DNA of 64,000 nt from Amoebidium appalachense (taxonomy: Eukaryota > Protista > Ichthyosporea). The position numbers and the translations under genes were made by a program. Numbering within the stretch: the first letter of the stretch is position 1; every line of letters starts with the position of its first letter. This document shows, piece after piece, positions 61,390 through 64,000 of the stretch. The stretch spans positions 5,076,543 to 5,140,542 of the forward strand of contig CAVNZM010000016.1 of NCBI GenBank assembly GCA_963693365.1, in the 5' to 3' direction. Under the pieces are notes generated by a model that had not been told where the DNA came from, ran no database searches, and saw nothing but the letters and a program-made list of their open reading frames with translations.

Positions 61390-61748
61390 GTGTTTTTGTG
61401 TGTGTTGTGTTTTTGTGTGTGTGTGTTTGTGTGTTTGTGTGTGTGTGTTTGTGTGTTTGTGTGTGTTGGGGTTGCCTTGCCGGGATGTTGGGGTTGATTT
61501 TCAAGCAACTAGCTATCTCTGTAATTTTTGGTTTTCGGTTCACTCGCAGTTAGTGTTAAGTTGGGGCTAGATGATCTCGCTGTGACGGGGTTTTTCGATT
61601 ATGTACCCCATTTAAACGGTTTCAGTAACTATCTCTACTTGATACACGCTGATGAATATTAATTAATGATTTACCTTTTGATGATGAACCACTTGTGCAA
61701 TCACGTAATCACGCAGAGCACTTTTTTCCTTCCCTTCTCTTATCTCTC

Positions 61749-61785
<37 letters not shown>

Positions 61786-62171
61786 GGTGGGAGCTAGAGG
61801 CTAATGTCGGTAGTCTCTAGCTGCTAAATAATGATGATATCCGACTATGGTTTAGTAAAAATATAGCCTAATAACCTAATAAGACCGGGCATATTTCCTG
61901 TGCACTAGACAATGATCGAGCTGCCGCTCTAACCCCGTTTTTCGTGACTTTGTTCATGAGTTAGATAGCTGTGCTGATTTGAGTTAAGCAAGACGGACTG
62001 AAAAGAGATTTTACGGTCTGCAACAATGCACGTGTGTGAACGTGTGTAACTTTGTAAGGCGCCTATGATACAAGATACCGGATCTAGATCTATGTATACA
62101 TGTGTATTCTGCAGCTGGCACGGTTGAGGTGCATATATGCGCACAGCTGCTAGTAGGCAGAGCCACCATGT

Positions 62172-62219
<48 letters not shown>

Positions 62220-62835
62220 CCACCCCGCCGCGCCCCCCCCGTTTCACACACACACAGAGAGAGAGAGACGCGCGCGCACGCACACGCACGCACCTGCATA
62301 GCGTGACACAAACGCACACACGCACACATGCACACACGCACACGCCAACGTGCACACGAACACACACACACACAGATACACACGTGCACACAGACACACA
62401 CACACACACACACACACAGTGTCACGTACACGCACACGCACACGCACACGCACACCCACACACACACACTCATGCATACCACCGTCCAGCCCTGTCAGCC
62501 CATGACGCTAATTAACCTAAACCCACTATCATCATACGACGAAGGAAGGCAACCAAACACACGGATAACAGTTCATAGAAATTCAGCGTTGTGTTTATTT
62601 TATCGGTACTGAAATCTCTGTATAGACCATTTCTAACACGGTCGTACGACGTCGGGTTTGCGAGATCGCCACACAGTTTGGTTTTGGGTTCACATACGTA
62701 CAGGGAAGTTTTTAGAAAAAGCTTGGTTACGTGCCATGTCAATATATATATGTAATAGTATTTGCACGATCACACAGCCATTCATTCCATTATTGCAAAA
62801 TCACAATGGCATCGCAAATGTCCTGACACCTGCAT

Positions 62836-62868
<33 letters not shown>

Positions 62869-63348
62869 AGCCAACCCACACACACACCCGCACATGCACA
62901 CAGTCCTAGATTTAGCGGGCACATACGTGCTCTGCAAACACACGCACATACACATGTAAAAGGAAAGGCAGAAGAATTACATACGGGTTTCTGGGCTTTC
63001 TTTCAAATGCCGATACAACCTCCTCTTGACAGGCAATAATACTACATCCATCCCTCTTTTGTGTACCGCACAGGTTAACTTCATTCAAGCATAATTCGAA
63101 ATTCGGAACATTAGATACACCTAGATATACCATTTGATATAGTTGTGCCTCTTGCTCTCCACTGCTCCACACACAGACCCCAAGAACCCAGAAACCCTAG
63201 CCAAGCAAAAACCAATGCAAAGCGGCCCTGAAGGGGCAAAAAAAAAAAAAAAAAAAGTTAAAAAAATACTCTAAGTTGAACCTCACTGGATACTTCGGCA
63301 CAATCCTAAAACAAATGTGAAATTTCATCCTATAAGGAGATTTCGATT

Positions 63349-63416
63349 TCATGCCTGAATCAGGGCTGCCAGCCGATCGCGGAGAATGGCTGTGACCTCC
63401 TTGGCCAAAGAGTCAT

Positions 63417-63417
<1 letters not shown>
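63349..63417 (-). CDS. Probable terminal exon of an unidentified gene extending beyond the window
   Basis: (CA)n-CAG acceptor followed by DDSLAKEVTAILRDRLAALIQA*. Same acceptor style as other exons here, but too short to identify. Confidence 0.55.
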
Positions 63418-63478
<61 letters not shown>

Positions 63479-63521
63479 GGTGGTGGTGGTGGTGGTGGTG
63501 GGGGGGGAGGGGGGGGGGAGG

Positions 63522-63619
63522 TTTGAATGCGGAACACAGTACAGTACGAAGTACGCATACACGATGAGAAGCATGGTGCAGGACACATGCAAAGGCAAAC
63601 ATTCAAGCATGCAGCATCA
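63522..63619 (-). mobile_element. Subfamily B 3'-terminal fragment (~100 nt, heavily 5'-truncated)
   Basis: Matches 46092-46185. Flanked on both sides (minus strand) by CCTCCCCCCCCC, a low-complexity but plausible 12-bp TSD. Confidence 0.85.
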
Positions 63620-64000
63620 GGGGGGGGGAGGAAGGGGGGGGGGAGGGTTGGCTGTGAGTGAGTGTGTGTATGTGTGAGCGGGCGCATGTGCATGCCGGTG
63701 CGTGCGCGCGCACACGTGTGTGTGTGTGCATCTGTGTGCGGGCGAACACACACACGAGTGTGTATATCCATGTGTGCGTGCCTGGGCGCACGCATGTGTG
63801 CGCATGCTGACGTGTACGTGTGTGCGTGTTTGTGTGTGTGTGTATGTATTCGTTGGGGAGGGTGGTGGGGTGGGAATGGGTTGGGGATGGTAATGGTGGT
63901 TGTGGTATGTGTGTGTGTGCGTGCCTCGGGGGGGGAAAGGGGGTGAGGGGGGGAGGGGGAAGGGGGGAGGGAGGGGGGGGGGGGGGGAGGAGGATACATA

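Overview
Eukaryotic genomic DNA, probably from a unicellular eukaryote (the taxon cannot be fixed from this window). It has GT-AG introns packed with poly-C/poly-G, (CA)n and (CT)n tracts, so most ORFs in the supplied track are microsatellite artefacts. Manual splicing gives: the 3' end of a palmitoyl-protein thioesterase (PPT1), a 3-exon MFS transporter, a 10-exon RD/RE-rich protein with a conserved uncharacterised C-terminal domain, two intronless transporters (amino-acid/AVT-type and CPA2 cation/H+ antiporter), a 7-exon membrane-anchored RBR E3 ligase, an alpha-arrestin with a C-terminal C2 domain, and the last exon of an unknown gene. Mobile relics are a hAT transposase, a non-LTR RT and a Helentron/HINE-like element. 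The main signal is a non-coding retro-element family: 9 pieces in 3 divergent subfamilies, all intronic and all sense to their host gene. All eight intact 3' ends abut a C-run, two copies have TSDs, and copies are 5'-truncated or in tandem. The part conserved across subfamilies is a ~165-nt covarying, doubly pseudoknotted RNA module. It contains all three hammerhead core motifs (GUH, GAAA, CUGANGA) in a strand order that fits none of hammerhead types I-III, making it a candidate non-canonical (split or dimer-dependent) ribozyme of a Penelope-like element.
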